64,000 bases of DNA from Girardia tigrina (taxonomy: Eukaryota). The notes below the pieces were generated by a model. The model saw only the letters and a program-made list of their open reading frames with translations. It made no database searches and was not told the origin of the DNA. This document shows, one piece after another, positions 42,801-54,029 of this stretch. The DNA is taken from positions 1-64,000 of the forward strand of contig MQRK01179780.1 of the NCBI GenBank assembly GCA_001938485.1. Reading direction: 5' to 3'. Position numbers and translations under genes: made by a program. How positions within the stretch are numbered: the stretch's first letter is position 1; each line of letters begins with the position of its first letter.

Positions 42801-45800
42801 TGAAACATGTCAAAAATAAATCTTATCTCGATAAATGGCGTTTTTGTTATTTAAAATTGAAAACTTTTCATTTTGGTAACAGTTGAAGAAAATTTCTGAT
42901 GTTTATCAATTCGACACTTTCGCTTTTCCAAATAATTAGCTATAGAAACGTCTTCGAATTACGGTGAAATAAAAAGAACGATCAATGAAAAGTCTCGCTT
43001 TTGCCTAAAATTTTATTGTTATTAAAATAAGAGTAGTCATATAAATTACGGTTATATTTATCTTTATATACAGATAAAATATGTTAAACATTTTGCAAAA
43101 TTATCGTGAAATTATTAATCGTATCTCAGATTTTACTTAAATGTGCCTTGAATAACCTGACACCGAAAGTTTTCGATGAGCGCGGTAATTTAGAAGAATT
43201 CATCACTACTGCAAAAAAATTTGTGAAATTTTCCAATACAATGAATCGGTTCAAAGGCTTATGGTAAAAGCCTTTATTTTGATACATCTACTTGTGACAT
43301 ACGAGACTGTTGATCCGAAGATAGTCGACTTTGCAGAATGCTTAAGAAGGGCGTTCCAAAAACCGACATCATTAATACAAAATCTACAAGATAATGAATT
43401 ACCGGAAATGCTCGACAAATTGTTACTACACAAGTGGAACAAACAAGAACTCTTGTCATATAGCTTCACTCAGATTATGATGCAAGGGGAAAATTCACGG
43501 AAGTGATTAAATCCGTAATCGAAAAGATGAAAAACATCGAAAACATTTTTGTGTGTTTGCACGTCTGAAATGTTGAACTGATTAGTATGATTCATCTTTT
43601 ATTTGTTGATAACGCAATCGATTTGTAATCTCAGAAGTTTCGCTATTGAAAGGAAAATTAAATAAAGCTATCACTGATTAGTGTGAGTCATAAAATTATG
43701 ACATTTAATAGTGTAAAAAAATCAATAGAATATTGATTAGGGAAATTTAATTATGATCTGTAATCACCGTCTCAAACAAGAAACATAAATCATAGTCGGC
43801 GAAACAATCCAGTTTTTTTGGACTTAATTGAGAAATTTAGTGGTGGTCTGTGATTATTTTTTTTGTTATTTTGTTAATTAACTAATATAGTTTTATTTGT
43901 TATTTTATTTTGTTATTTATTTATTTTTTCTTGTAAAACCTTTATAAAAAATATTCCTTGTTAAAGCAATAAATCTTTTGCTTTAGCAGGGATTATTTTA
44001 AATTAACGATAAATAAAAGTTGTACAAAAACCATGGAAATTCGGCATATAAGTGTTTTCAAATGGCGACACAGTCAACGATGGATTCGACGATCAAGTCC
44101 CTACAACCAGTATGCATTTAAGTCATGTCACTAAACCTATCGACGAGTATTTGATTCATTCGAACCAGTCTTGCAATTTGAATGGGATCGTTAAAATAAA
44201 AAAACAGAAATTTTTTAAATAAAAAATAAGGAAAAAATAAATATATATTTATAAACGCATTTTTGTACAAAAAAGTACAAAAAAAACTGTTAAAAAAAAT
44301 TAATTACAAGGTTTTGCATTTGAAATGCGACATTATAAAAATTATAAAACTTATACTTTAATTTTTCAATAGATAAAATAGTTATGCTTATAAAGTTTTT
44401 AAAATGTAAAACTTCATTTTTCAATATTTTAGATTTGCCCATGACTGAAAAAACAAACCTGACAAATAACATTCGTGAACGAATTATCTCAGCCTTTGAA
44501 GGTGGTATACAGGCAGCTGCAATTGCCAACACATTTAACGTCCACTAAGACTCTGTGTATAGTGTCGTACAAAAATAAACTGATAATGGGCATGCCTGCG
44601 CTAAATTTAAAGGTGCCAATAATTTCAAGCGTCTAACACCTGATGTAAGTGAACCAGTCCAAAGCTTGATTGAAAAAGATTGCCCAATACCATTGAGTAG
44701 TAAAAAAAGAAATATCGAAGACAAATTTGATATTGACTGCTCAATTTCGACAATCAATCGGCAATTAAAATAATTTGCTTTCACGATCAAGAGAACTACT
44801 TTATTGCCACTTGCTCGTAACTTTAAGGACTCAATAGAGCGGCTGTGATTGCAGAAAGCGATGGAAGAAATATCTTTTTTCTATATCAAACTGTATTCAG
44901 CATTAGTTTACGCAACAGATATGGTCGCGCTCACAAGAGTCAACCTGCTATTCAAATGGTGCAAGCAATTAGAAGCAAAAATATCAGTGTTTGCTGTGCT
45001 ATAACCAAACAATCTGTTTTTGTTATAAAAAATAATACTGTTATATTTTTAACGTTTGTGGAGGAAGTAATTTTTATAATGGGCATTGTTCCATTTCATA
45101 AATCATTATCGATTATTGGAAAAGTTGAGTCTGTTAACTGTCTCCTCATTCACCATTTCTAAACCCAATTGAAAACATGTCCTTAATTCAAAACAAAAAA
45201 AATTGATTTCAGATGTAAAATTAAGTAAATTCAAATGAAACAGCAACAGAACACTCCTAATTAAATGTGAATGCGAACTTATAAATCGAAAATGTAAATA
45301 CAAAAGAACAAAATAATTATTGATAATTAAAAAGAATACAAAAAATAAAACAATTAAATAAAGAAAGTTTGTTTAAATATCCTAAAGAATTGCAAATTGA
45401 AGTGTGTATTGTGTGAACTGACCAAACGGATTGTGTATTTTAAAATGAATGCTGAATCTTATTTTCACAACAAATACAAATTGCTGTCGCCTTTATGTTG
45501 TAATTTTTCGATCATTGGTTTTTATGATTATATCGGCGTAAATCCGCGATTCTGCGACCTTTCAATGAGTCAGGGGAACGGGTGTTGCTTACCAAACAGG
45601 TTAGATGGCCGCCTCGTTTTTACTTTACAAGTTTCCTCCCATCGAGAAATTATAGAATATGAAAATTAAAATAGTCCGAATCAAATGGCTTTTTAACTTT
45701 TTAATTGTCTTTGGTAATAAATTTTTATTGATTGTCTAATGTGTTATTTTTTATCGTTCAATGTTGTTTAAATTGTCAGAAAAGGAAGACACTGACAACC

Positions 45801-48112
45801 AAAACGAAAGAAAAGTATATAAAACAATATACATTGATTTTTGTGGACCATTCAAAAGAAATATAAATGGATGTCAATATATATTTGAGACAATTGACCA
45901 GTTTAAGTTACCGGTTCAGGACGAAGCACCGACACAACATTAACCGATATCTGAGTGCCCCACTGCAAACATTTCTCTCTTCAGGGATCACTAGTTCAGT
46001 TCACCGACTTTTTTGGTAACGGAACTTCTGTATCCGTTTCATCTTCTTCTGAGATTTCCATTTCTTGAGATTCTTTCAGTGGAATCTCTTTTCCGAGAGC
46101 AACTTCAGATATCACCGCTTTATTTTTGATTTTGATAAATCATGCGAAGTCTTGACGAGCTTGGTACCTTTCTTTACCTTATGCCAACTTTCGTTGTCAT
46201 TCTAAGTATGATTCTAATTTGGCAAGCATATTTAATCTTGAAGGGATCATAGTGGAACGATCCGTATTCGATTTGGATCCCTCTATTTAAACCATTGGTC
46301 CCTTCAGGGAGTTTAAACATCATCCTATCTTCTGCTACAGTGTGACCATAGGCTTACTCAGATTTAGTTGTCGTCACCCTACCCTCATCAACAATAAGGT
46401 TATACGAAGATCTCTCTCCATCAGGTGTCACTACTCAAGTCACTACGTCGCTTTCCCGTTTGCCGACACGTGCGCTTATGAGCAGGTGATTTTATTAATG
46501 GTCAATCCTAAGACAATCCCTTTTTGTTTGATCGAGATATTCTAATAATAATCGATGCGATCGTGCTGAAGGGTAACTGCACCCTACCGACACCGATTTT
46601 CTTTGATGACGATCAAGATTGAGACGAGTAACAGTATTGGACATTCCCACACCCCCCAGGGACATCCCACAGATGGTGCAGTACCCCGGCCACGCTACTG
46701 TGCACGCTTTGCTAATACCCCCACCAGCGATATTGTTAAATTGAGACAAATATACGTTGAAAAAATACTTGACAAAATTAAATTTTATCACAAATTTCCT
46801 GGTACTCGTTTCAACAGACTCCTGTTTTCCTGCTTTTTATTGAGCAAAAAGAAAAAGAGTAGAAAGATATTATAAATAGAGGGAAAATATACAATGTACC
46901 ACTTCCCAAATATTCACTGAATTTTTTAACAATTATGAAGTATAAAATAAAAAATGAAGTTTAATAATTAACAGAAGTATAAATAATAAAAACAATCGAA
47001 TTTAGTGAAACCTGGCAGATCGGCGCGAGGCATCAGCAGTTCAACTGGTTGAAGTGAAATTTCCTTCACAACCGGTAAATTGGGCAGAAGAAGATTAGAT
47101 GAGCCGATCACGATGGGATGATCGATAAGATTCCAGCACTGCTTGCAGAAAGATACCGAGGCATGTCGAAACAGAGCGGAAATCTCAGCGCCGCGCTGAC
47201 GTTCTTTCCACCAGCCGTTAACGCTCTGAACGACTGTGGACAGAAATAATTCCACATTCGACTGATACTTCGCCGACTGATTCAAGGGCACACAATCAAG
47301 ACATCATCCAATAATACAATGTTCGATAAAAAAATTTTGAGATAGATTATTGAACGAACCGAAGTGGCATGTCCGAGCCCCAGCTGAAGCGAGCAGAAGA
47401 GTTTGGCGAGTGCACGACAGGGCTGGGTCAGATAGAACCCAAGACAAGGGCCATAAAAAGCTCGCGATTCGAGCAGATCATAACACCCAATTAGGCTCCA
47501 GTAGACGTTCTCGTCGTCCTCGGGTCGCATAAACAGCGCCCGCCGCTCCCTTTGAACTGCCATCATTCGACCCAATCGATTACTGATTGCCGCTAGTCGG
47601 CACAGAAACTCGATATAATCGCAACACTGTTGTTCGTATTTGTCCCTGCTGTAATTCCAATTGTTCTTATTATTCTCAAAACTCATTGATTTCTCTCACT
47701 TTATCAACACCGAATAATTCAATTTTCTCATTTTATTTGATAAACTTGAGATACATTTTGCGATTATTCGGAATACCGATCGATATCCGTTGTATTTAAC
47801 GTCCTGAAAGTCGAATTCTGACACCAAAAGAAAGTAATTCGAAACCACTGTCGTCAATGTTTCGATATTCGCTTTTAATTTTTCGAATTCTTCTAAAAGT
47901 TTATGATTGAAATTGAACGATTTGTAATAATCTTCAGTCGATGCTACCTTTATGGAAATAAAGTAAAAATAATAATTAACAAGAGTTGTTTGAGCTATTC
48001 TTCCGCATCACATTAGTTACATAAATAATTGTTTATATTCACAACAATCTCGGTCAATCGGGTTGCCGGAAAAGAAATCTAACGTTAAACCTATTACAAG
48101 GGAATTGATAAA
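15267..48112 (-). CDS. LIPE: Hormone-sensitive lipase family gene (copy 1), multi-exon; 5' start unresolved
   Basis: Phase-consistent GT-AG exons: ~47947-47360 (NGYRS, FYGPCLGF; contains a TGA, see findings), 47276-47012, 29867-29665 (HGGGF), 23400-23034 (GDSAGGNL), 15857-15756, 15692-15523, 15470-15267 (DPLLDD, HGF, stop TGA). Putative micro-exons extend to 48112. Confidence 0.92.
16185..16675. mobile_element. MITE-like element with ~125-bp inverted arms
   Basis: aaagaactagatttacttaaagtttggatactcattt.. at ~16260 is the reverse complement of ~16580-16615; the arms extend both ways. Confidence 0.7.
17508..17552 (-). ncRNA. Degenerate hammerhead core
   Basis: Minus strand CTGATGA-tgataatttaattct-GAAA-ttaatta-GTC, similar to the core at 14779; stem II is weak. 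Confidence 0.45.
18962..19141. mobile_element. ~180-bp hairpin MITE
   Basis: aactagtaaa..tatccattctttatgc..ttggccaaca / tgttggccaa..gcataaagaatggata..tttactagtt; half copy at ~14264. Confidence 0.75.
19140..19290 (-). repeat. Dispersed repeat, inverted copy of ~57607-57775
   Basis: ttttttgcgtaatataaactacttataa..ctccgatgga..ttttgagaccttaaaaagt matches the reverse complement of the 57.6-kb region. Confidence 0.8.
19961..20007 (-). ncRNA. Hammerhead ribozyme in the inverted pLTR
   Basis: CTGAAGA-tgcc gaaat ggt-GAAA-cgcgtat-GTA. Confidence 0.7.
20557..20602 (+). ncRNA. Hammerhead ribozyme in the 3' pLTR
   Basis: CTGAAGA-tgccgaaattgt-GAAA-cgcgtat-GTA. Confidence 0.65.
21445..21572 (-). pseudogene. 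Kinesin (KIF23/MKLP1-like) motor N-terminal fragment
   Basis: MNNESVSVFCRLKPLNDENIESCI resembles KIF23 DPVGVYCRVRPL..QECCI. Confidence 0.6.
22020..22400 (+). pseudogene. USP8: USP8 N-terminal (dimerisation/MIT plus rhodanese) fragment, frameshifted
   Basis: AFEKVEKLKDSLQARYE vs USP8 AVEEAERLSESLKLRYE; VLIIDSRSESEFAVCHI rhodanese-like. Confidence 0.7.
22470..22750 (+). mobile_element. Penelope-like ORF N-terminal relic
   Basis: ILNLSNVVLSDEEHKILKIGLK matches the xNLSxxxLxxxExxxLxxGLxF motif. Confidence 0.55.
23034..23400 (-). CDS. LIPE: HSL copy 1 exon with the nucleophile Ser
   Basis: [43 protein letters not shown]; 367 nt, phases fit both neighbours. Confidence 0.95.
24383..25000 (-). mobile_element. 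Helitron-type Rep N-terminal (DUF6570-like) fragment enclosed by ~55-bp inverted repeats
   Basis: INRERVFTVLRWLIANNSLYKDV; arms at ~24383-24435 and ~24942-24999. Confidence 0.55.
25258..25383. repeat. Imperfect palindrome / small hairpin MITE
   Basis: caaattagttttaga / tctaaaactgatttg outer arms; tgacagacataaa / tttgtgcctgtca inner arms. Confidence 0.6.
26340..27135 (+). mobile_element. Degenerate mariner transposase
   Basis: VTVFWVRNGVI; LLQDNAPPYT. Confidence 0.7.
27720..28260 (+). mobile_element. Chapaev3-like (CMC) transposase relic, internally deleted
   Basis: CNLHPNSFCYIC, IGDQDNKWAPHV and FPKLSDAKLKGG..GP motifs; superfamily assignment from memory. Confidence 0.5.
29665..29867 (-). 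CDS. LIPE: HSL copy 1 exon with the HGGG oxyanion motif
   Basis: DTVKVSPPVAHCG..VKIRLLS..LLIHCHGGGFVAQSSQSHD. Confidence 0.95.
30200..30310 (+). mobile_element. Possible degraded GIY-YIG (PLE) scrap
   Basis: GVVYE...SGQT...FRE. Confidence 0.3.
31810..31930 (+). ncRNA. Solo PLE pLTR with a degenerate hammerhead
   Basis: CTGATGA-cgga tat tctg tc-GAAA-tatattg-CTC followed by aaaATGGCG. Confidence 0.6.
32150..32590 (-). pseudogene. Possible protein kinase (TKL/MLK-like) relic
   Basis: Broken frames IAIKKL, LWEFCKRECMYAFLRS, AIRVAD. Confidence 0.3.
32758..32893. repeat. 43-bp perfect direct duplication
   Basis: gtcatcgtataactgagataatcagactcaattgttccatctg occurs twice. Confidence 0.9.
35820..36035 (+). 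mobile_element. LTR gag-like fragment
   Basis: FNGKEDID..CKRFFEVA..VVKAFISKDLIITYESVDPQI, homologous to the 43145 copy. Confidence 0.55.
36747..36861. repeat. (TA)n microsatellite with an assembly gap
   Basis: Direct reading. Confidence 0.95.
37780..38070 (+). mobile_element. Mariner N-terminal relic
   Basis: YRSVIRF HTH start; KQWLNHF. Confidence 0.45.
39562..39642 (+). pseudogene. AP3B1: AP-3 complex beta subunit N-terminal fragment
   Basis: MFDSNKDSSKLEAMKRILTMITK vs AP3B MLESNKDSAKLDAMKRIVGMIAK. Confidence 0.75.
40440..40830 (-). mobile_element. Mariner relic
   Basis: SVDDDVRSG; FLKSIVTD. Confidence 0.6.
41996..42170 (+). pseudogene. NDUFA2: NADH dehydrogenase subunit A2 (B8) 5' fragment, frameshifted
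   Basis: LRVYLCQKS..LRNFIEKFYIAIKRNNPMFPILNKECSNTQ vs [37 protein letters not shown]. Confidence 0.8.
42735..42860 (+). ncRNA. Solo PLE pLTR with a hammerhead core
   Basis: CTGAAGA-tgcatgtgaaggt-GAAA-cat-GTC, then aataaa and aaATGGCG. Confidence 0.6.
43145..43510 (+). mobile_element. LTR gag-like fragment
   Basis: LTPKVFDERGNLEEFITT..MVKAFI..TYETVDPKIVDF. Confidence 0.55.
44440..45180 (+). mobile_element. IS630/Tc1-superfamily transposase relic
   Basis: IRERIISAFEGG HTH; CSISTINRQL; RSKNISVCCAI; SPFLNPIE. Confidence 0.75.
45780..46730. mobile_element. Mixed LTR-retrotransposon scraps
   Basis: IYIDFCGPF..QYIF..IDQF integrase (plus strand, 45800-45905); the remaining pieces are only weakly pol-like. 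Confidence 0.45.
47012..47947 (-). CDS. LIPE: HSL copy 1 N-terminal domain exons
   Basis: FDFQDVKYNGYRSV; AFYGPCLGFYL; FCKQCWNLID; 83-nt intron at 47277-47359. Confidence 0.9.
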
Positions 48113-49909
48113 CTAAATTGGAAAAAGCTCAAAGAAAATGAAGATTTTCAATAAGATTTTTCATTGATATTTAACATTTTTATATTTTGTCTCTTATGAT
48201 GTATGATGTTTGGTTTTTAGAATCGTTTTGTGAAGTAATTAACATATCTCTCCAATCTCCGTTTATAATAGATTATAATTGACGATATGAATTTCTTGTG
48301 TAAGAGAGATAATTTTCGAACGAATTTGATGTCGTCATCACTGTAAAAATTTGTTTGTTGAATTGTGATGGTAAAGTGGGAATTTTAAATTATTTGTTCT
48401 AAATTGTAAATTTGTAAAGAGTTGATGAAACTTTTTATTAAAATTTTTTGCTTGTAGTGATGGATAGAAGAAAAAAAAAGGAATTATAGACTGTGTACAG
48501 TATGACTGGCTTTCCAAGTTATATACTTAGTAATACCTATTTCATTTATTAGTGTCAGAAATAATTTTTAGTCTAAAAAGAAAAAAACTAGTCCACAATA
48601 GAAAGTGAACATCTAAAAAATCAACAATGACATATAATCACGGTGGTATTAAATACAGTTTCTATGCTCTTCCTAGTCGGATCTCTTCCCTAATTTACAA
48701 TATTTCATCATTCTCTCTATCATATGATTCGCCATATAGTATCAAGATTTATTTTTTTACGTGATTATATTTAATAGGTTATTTATTTTTTCGTTTAATC
48801 ATAATGCAAAAATAGTCAATTTTCATTGGTGAGTTAGCATTTATCTTGTTAGTTTTTTCACTGTGAGGTATATAGTGCCATATTTTGTGGCACAAAGCCG
48901 TATTAAAAAAACGCGTGTACTTTCTTATTAAAAAATCTTTTACCAAAGAGAACGTTTTTAAACTGAGGTGTATAGTAATAAATTACCACCATTGTCTCTC
49001 ATAATACAATATCTAAGTTCATGTTTGTTCATTTGATGTGAGCCATAAAAAAATTACACTATTCATTACTCATCTTTCTTCGGTAACTGCTTCAATTTTG
49101 TCAAAACTTGTATCATAATTTAATATATATTTCTTATTAAAGTCTTGTTCCAAGATCGATAATAAATAATTATAATAATAATAAATATGATAAATAAATG
49201 ATAAGTAATAATAATAAATTATAATATTAGGTTGTCAGATATGAAATTTGTAGGCATTATTACAATAAATTCAAATAGTTACAGTTGGACAATGACTTAA
49301 CATTTCGTTGTTCAGTTTTTTTGTTTGATTGCTAAATATTTTTGCTATTGAACACAATGAATAAAAATTGATAACTTGTTTGAATAATCAGTATTTTAAA
49401 AAAGGAAAAAGCAGAAATTCGAAAAATTATGAAGTACAAGATCCTATGTAGAACCTCAGCATCAGAAACCATGCAAAATATCAATAGTATATTCGAATAC
49501 GATGCTACTACACATCAAATAAATATTTTTAAAAATTGAATTTATATTTCAAAAACAGTTCAAAACAGTTTTTTATTGGAAAATCGGTTTTAAAACTAAA
49601 AAAATTATTTTTAACTTAAAATAGTTAAAGTTAAAATGAAAAAATATATTCTTTTTTTAAATATTTAAAAAATTATGCTAATGGCTTTTTTTGCTTGTAG
49701 TGATGGATAGAAGAAAAAAATCGAAGTATCATTAGATATTAATAAAATTCCTAAATATTGCTTGCTTGTACCTTATTCTGAAGGATTTAAAACTTTAAAA
49801 ATGCATAGTAAAAAGCAACTGACATTATAAAAGCAACTGCTATATTTAAAACATTTTGTAAAAAAAAATTTTTAACTACAAAAAATATAAAAGTAAGTTT
49901 CTTCTTTAA

Positions 49910-50150
49910 CCCATTAACGCATAAATAGGAACTAGAGAGGGTATGATGTCACTTGTCTGCACTAAGATATGATATTACAGTGACTGTAAAATCTCAACCA
50001 GTCATATTTAAAGTAAAGTAAGGCCATTATCTCAGTACTTTGTTTATATAGACTTGATAGATCTTGAAAAAAATCATAAACATTCTTCTGAAGTCACTGA
50101 ATGTTTATTTTTTCAAGCATCCTCAAACGAGGACTGCCGGCGTAAATGGG
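49910..50150. mobile_element. piggyBac-type MITE, 241 bp
   Basis: TTAA-cccattaacgc ... gcgtaaatggg-TTAA (10/11 TIR match). Confidence 0.75.
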
Positions 50151-50879
50151 TTAATGAATAAAAAAAATTAAAATATTTTTGTAATGCATGAAATTGTCGA
50201 TGGCCTTCGAAAAGAAACAAAACTATATGAAGTTGGGAGCACTTGTACTACAAGAATAAGTTATACTTCCTTAGAATTGCCCTCAGATTGATGATGATCT
50301 TTATCCAATGATCTCTTATCCAATGGCGATTAGAGACATGCTGCTGAGAAATCATCATCGCTACCCAATTTATCATGAAACTACATTTCTATACTTTTAT
50401 GTCCTCGAGTCAAAAGAGTTACTGAAATCTCATTTCAAAGCTCGAATGAAAGAGAAACGAACGCAGCAATTTTTATGGCACGGATTTTGAATTAAATAAA
50501 TTTTATTTGATTTCAGTGATGTATAAAGCAGTTTTTAAATTAAAAAAATTTTGTCAATCCAGAAATATTAAAATCAAAGTTTTGAAATTGAATTTATGAT
50601 GTAGAGAGACATTGGTTTTCGAAAATTTTGACATTTACTGGACTGTTTTTGGATCATTTTTAATTTGTTGATTTTGAACGAACTGTTTTATTTACTTTCC
50701 TGTATATCGAAGAGCGTAGTTCACGTTTTTTGTATTGATCATCTTTTCAATCGATTTAAAATATAGGTTTTTGTCTCATCATTCGTCAATAATATTTGTA
50801 ACATTTGAGTAAAATTTCGTTTTTCGAATATCACAAAATCACATATTCTTATCACCAATGAGAGAGTTTTGTGTGGCGG

Positions 50880-51345
50880 CAGTTTATTCTGGTGCCGAAT
50901 TGAATAACCTGTGTTAAGCCAGTCGGACATACCTCCACGTGGTGTCCCTGGGAAACTAGAACTCTCTTCTATAGGCTAAAGTGTCCGAAGCTTGCCTTGT
51001 TGGGGTACTGACCAACATAGTACAGAGGCCTGGGCCTGCAATCCCCCTCTTTAAAAAGGCATGCTTTCTGAGCGGGATCGTGGAAACGCTTAACGACCGG
51101 GCCCATGATCAGTTGATGGTAGGTGAGTTTGCTTACACAATGATACAACCGACTCAGCTCCAGATAGTCTCTGAGTCATTAATCACGAGTAAGTGTCGCA
51201 TGAGTTCGCTCATGTGCTACTGGCATGTGGAGGAGGCCTATGAAACCTTATTTTCGGATTGTACAATGCTTCAATGGGCCCAGTATGACAGCGAGTATCA
51301 TCAACCGCTGTGTAAGTGCGCTACCTTTGTCCGAGTCTGGCGGAA
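50880..51345 (-). mobile_element. Possible BEL/Pao integrase relic
   Basis: GC-rich block; FPGTPRGGMSDWL is reminiscent of PxAPxxGGxWERL. Confidence 0.3.
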
Positions 51346-51449
51346 CTATTTTTCAAGTTTAATTAATTGACTATATCAATAAAATGTGTGTAAATTGTGT
51401 ATCGTTAAATTTGAGAAGTTTTTCTTTGTTTTATAAAAATCTGAACTTA

Positions 51450-52004
51450 TACGAGGGGTGTCCCAAAAGTTCGCGGACTGAGAGAATATGGTGCGGTTAC
51501 GTGTGTGCGTGACTGTAACGCGCGGTGTGTGTAGGATGCCATGAGGGGGGAACCAACCAATTGTAATTGAGCTGAACTCTCATTGGCTGCCTTACGGCAT
51601 GAGTGTTACATACGAATGTATTATTTTGTCATTTTCTCTCTTGTAGTTAGTATGGAAGAGGTAGTGAAATCTCAACGAGCAATCATCTATTTCCCCTGGA
51701 AGGAAGACACCCCCACTGCAGATATTGTGCACCGTTTACACCGCGTCTTTGGTGATGCCGCTATGGGAAGAACGGCTGTCTTTAAGTGGGTGAAAGGATT
51801 TCAGGCAGGGCGTCAATCATTGGAGGAGGATGAACGCAGTGGGCGACCAACAATGTCTAGATGTAAAGAAAATGTGAAGGTTATCGCGGAAGTCAATCTT
51901 GGTGACAGATGTCTCACTATAATGAGGTAGCAGCTTATTTTGTTAACTGTAATAAACTTTTTGAATTTGTTGTCAGTCCGCGAACTTTTGGGACACCCCT
52001 CGTA
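51450..52004 (+). mobile_element. Young internally deleted mariner, 555 bp
   Basis: Perfect 32-bp TIRs tacgaggggtgtcccaaaagttcgcggactga, TA TSD; HTH QRAIIYF..VFKWVKGFQAGRQSLEEDERSGRP. Confidence 0.95.
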
Positions 52005-53222
52005 TACGGGGTTTATAATAGTGTGATTCCTCCCAAGACACATACGTCAGACATACGTTGTGTGATGTCTTCACCTTTGGCGTCATCCGCCCTCTTTGTT
52101 TTCTTTTGGATGTGCTTGTTTGCTTTAATTTTTTCCTTGTTTTTATCGTTGTCCTCTACATGAGGTTAATTTACTAATCACGGCTGATACATTTTTTATA
52201 TATGTAGTAGATAACTTGTATTGTAGTCTGTGTGTTTTTTTATTTTTTTATATCATCTTTATTTTTGAGTATACCGATGTAACGATAAAGAAAAATAAAA
52301 CCTCCCAAAAGAAAATATTATGCTATTTCAAAAGACGAATCTATTTCCTTGTCAGGTCAGAGATGATGATGGAAGGTAATTAAAAGAGGAAAGAATATTG
52401 TCGAAAGAAAGAAATGTCGAGAAGAAAGTTAAAGAAATGGAAAAGAAAAAAGATAATTATTATTATCAAATTATCAGTTTATCAAATTATGATTTTTGAA
52501 TTTAAATTAAAATTTTAAAAATCAATTCACAAATTAATTATTACCTGTCAGAATAATTAACGCCTGAACGAGAGATATTGAGAACGACACCTAAGGACTT
52601 CAAATCCATTATTGTATACTAACTTGTGTCCTAAAATTTCCATTGTGTCATCTACACTCGGTAATAACACTGACAATATATTATTGACAACTACGACCAA
52701 AAGCGAATAACAATTAATCTGTATTTGACTAATTTGAAGTATTTGTCTACATATTCACTCAATACTGGTTACTATTATTATTTTATAATTATATTTTTTG
52801 TTTTGACAATACAGTTGTTTCAAAAGTTTATTTGATTCATTTTATTCTATTTTATTTGAAATTGCTAAGTTCAGCTAACCAACGGTTTAGGTTAACTTAG
52901 TAATTTCTATCACATATAGAATCGTTCATCTGTAGTTCAAATTAATCGAACTAGAGAACGATTTTATACAAATAATTTTCAATGAATTATAATTCAGTGA
53001 TACTTTAATTCTCGATTATTTCGAATTTGTAAATTGAATTAGTAAGTTTTTCAATTAGTTCGAAAATTCGGTATCGTGAATTAATTTAGTAAAAAATGCG
53101 AATTTGTTTGAATGAAAAGAAAGGGTTGTAGAATTTCGATTTGAAAATGAAAATTAATGGTAGCTCGTTTGTTTTTTTTTAAATTTTAACGGAGATAAAT
53201 AGAACAAAGAATTAATTAAAGC

Positions 53223-53495
53223 ATGAGAGAAATTGTTCATTTACGACTTTATCAATATGGAGCTCAAAGTGGATCAAAATTTTGGGAAGTGATATCAGAC
53301 GAACCTGACACGTATCACGGAGATCTCCATCTGCAATTGGAGCGGACCAATGTTTTCTACAATAAAGCCACTAAGGGAGAGAATGTTCCACGAGTAGTAT
53401 TAGTGGATTCTGTTCGAGCTGGACCATTTGGACAGACATTTCGACCAGACAATTTCATTTTGGGGCAGTCGAGCATGAAAGAATTGGGTAAAGGT
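53223..53495 (+). pseudogene. TUBB: Beta-tubulin 5' fragment with internal deletions
   Basis: [49 protein letters not shown]. Confidence 0.92.
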
Positions 53496-54029
53496 AAAGG
53501 GTCATTACACCGAGTCGAGGATTGAGTATCGGTGGTGTTGGCCACGAGTGAGCTAAAATTAAATTATTCTCATAGACCCCAAGAGCGCCCCACGACTACA
53601 GACTCGCTCTTTTAACACTAACTGATGCACGATTAGAAAGCTGTATACGTGTAGCTACGTCATCAATTCCGGCTGATTTTGATGAGCTTGTATCGAAAAA
53701 ACAGTGCCGAATTTCTCATTAAAAAATTTCAAATAAAATCATTTTTCAGTTCTTTTCTTGATTGTTTTTATTTTGTTCATCAATTCATTACTTTTTTTAA
53801 ATCATTATGTCCTTTATGTCAATGTTTATCATAAAGAAAATTTTGTAAATTATTACTAAATGTTACTTCATGTCAAAAAAATTTAAAATTTAAATTGACA
53901 CGTTGATTAAAAAGTTGCTCATCTCTGTTTTATATTATCTAATCAGAATACTGATTGAGAAATATTTCTGTTTGATACAGAAGATTCGATTAGATTTGAA
54001 AGTTAAATATTGGTTCTCTCAATGAACGA

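Noticed and set aside
44030-44065. KPWKFGI as a piggyBac transposase
   Set aside because: Too short, with no other motifs.
47696-47698. Nuclear TGA reassignment as the explanation for the HSL internal stop
   Set aside because: TGA terminates HSL1 at the same position where HSL2 uses TAA.
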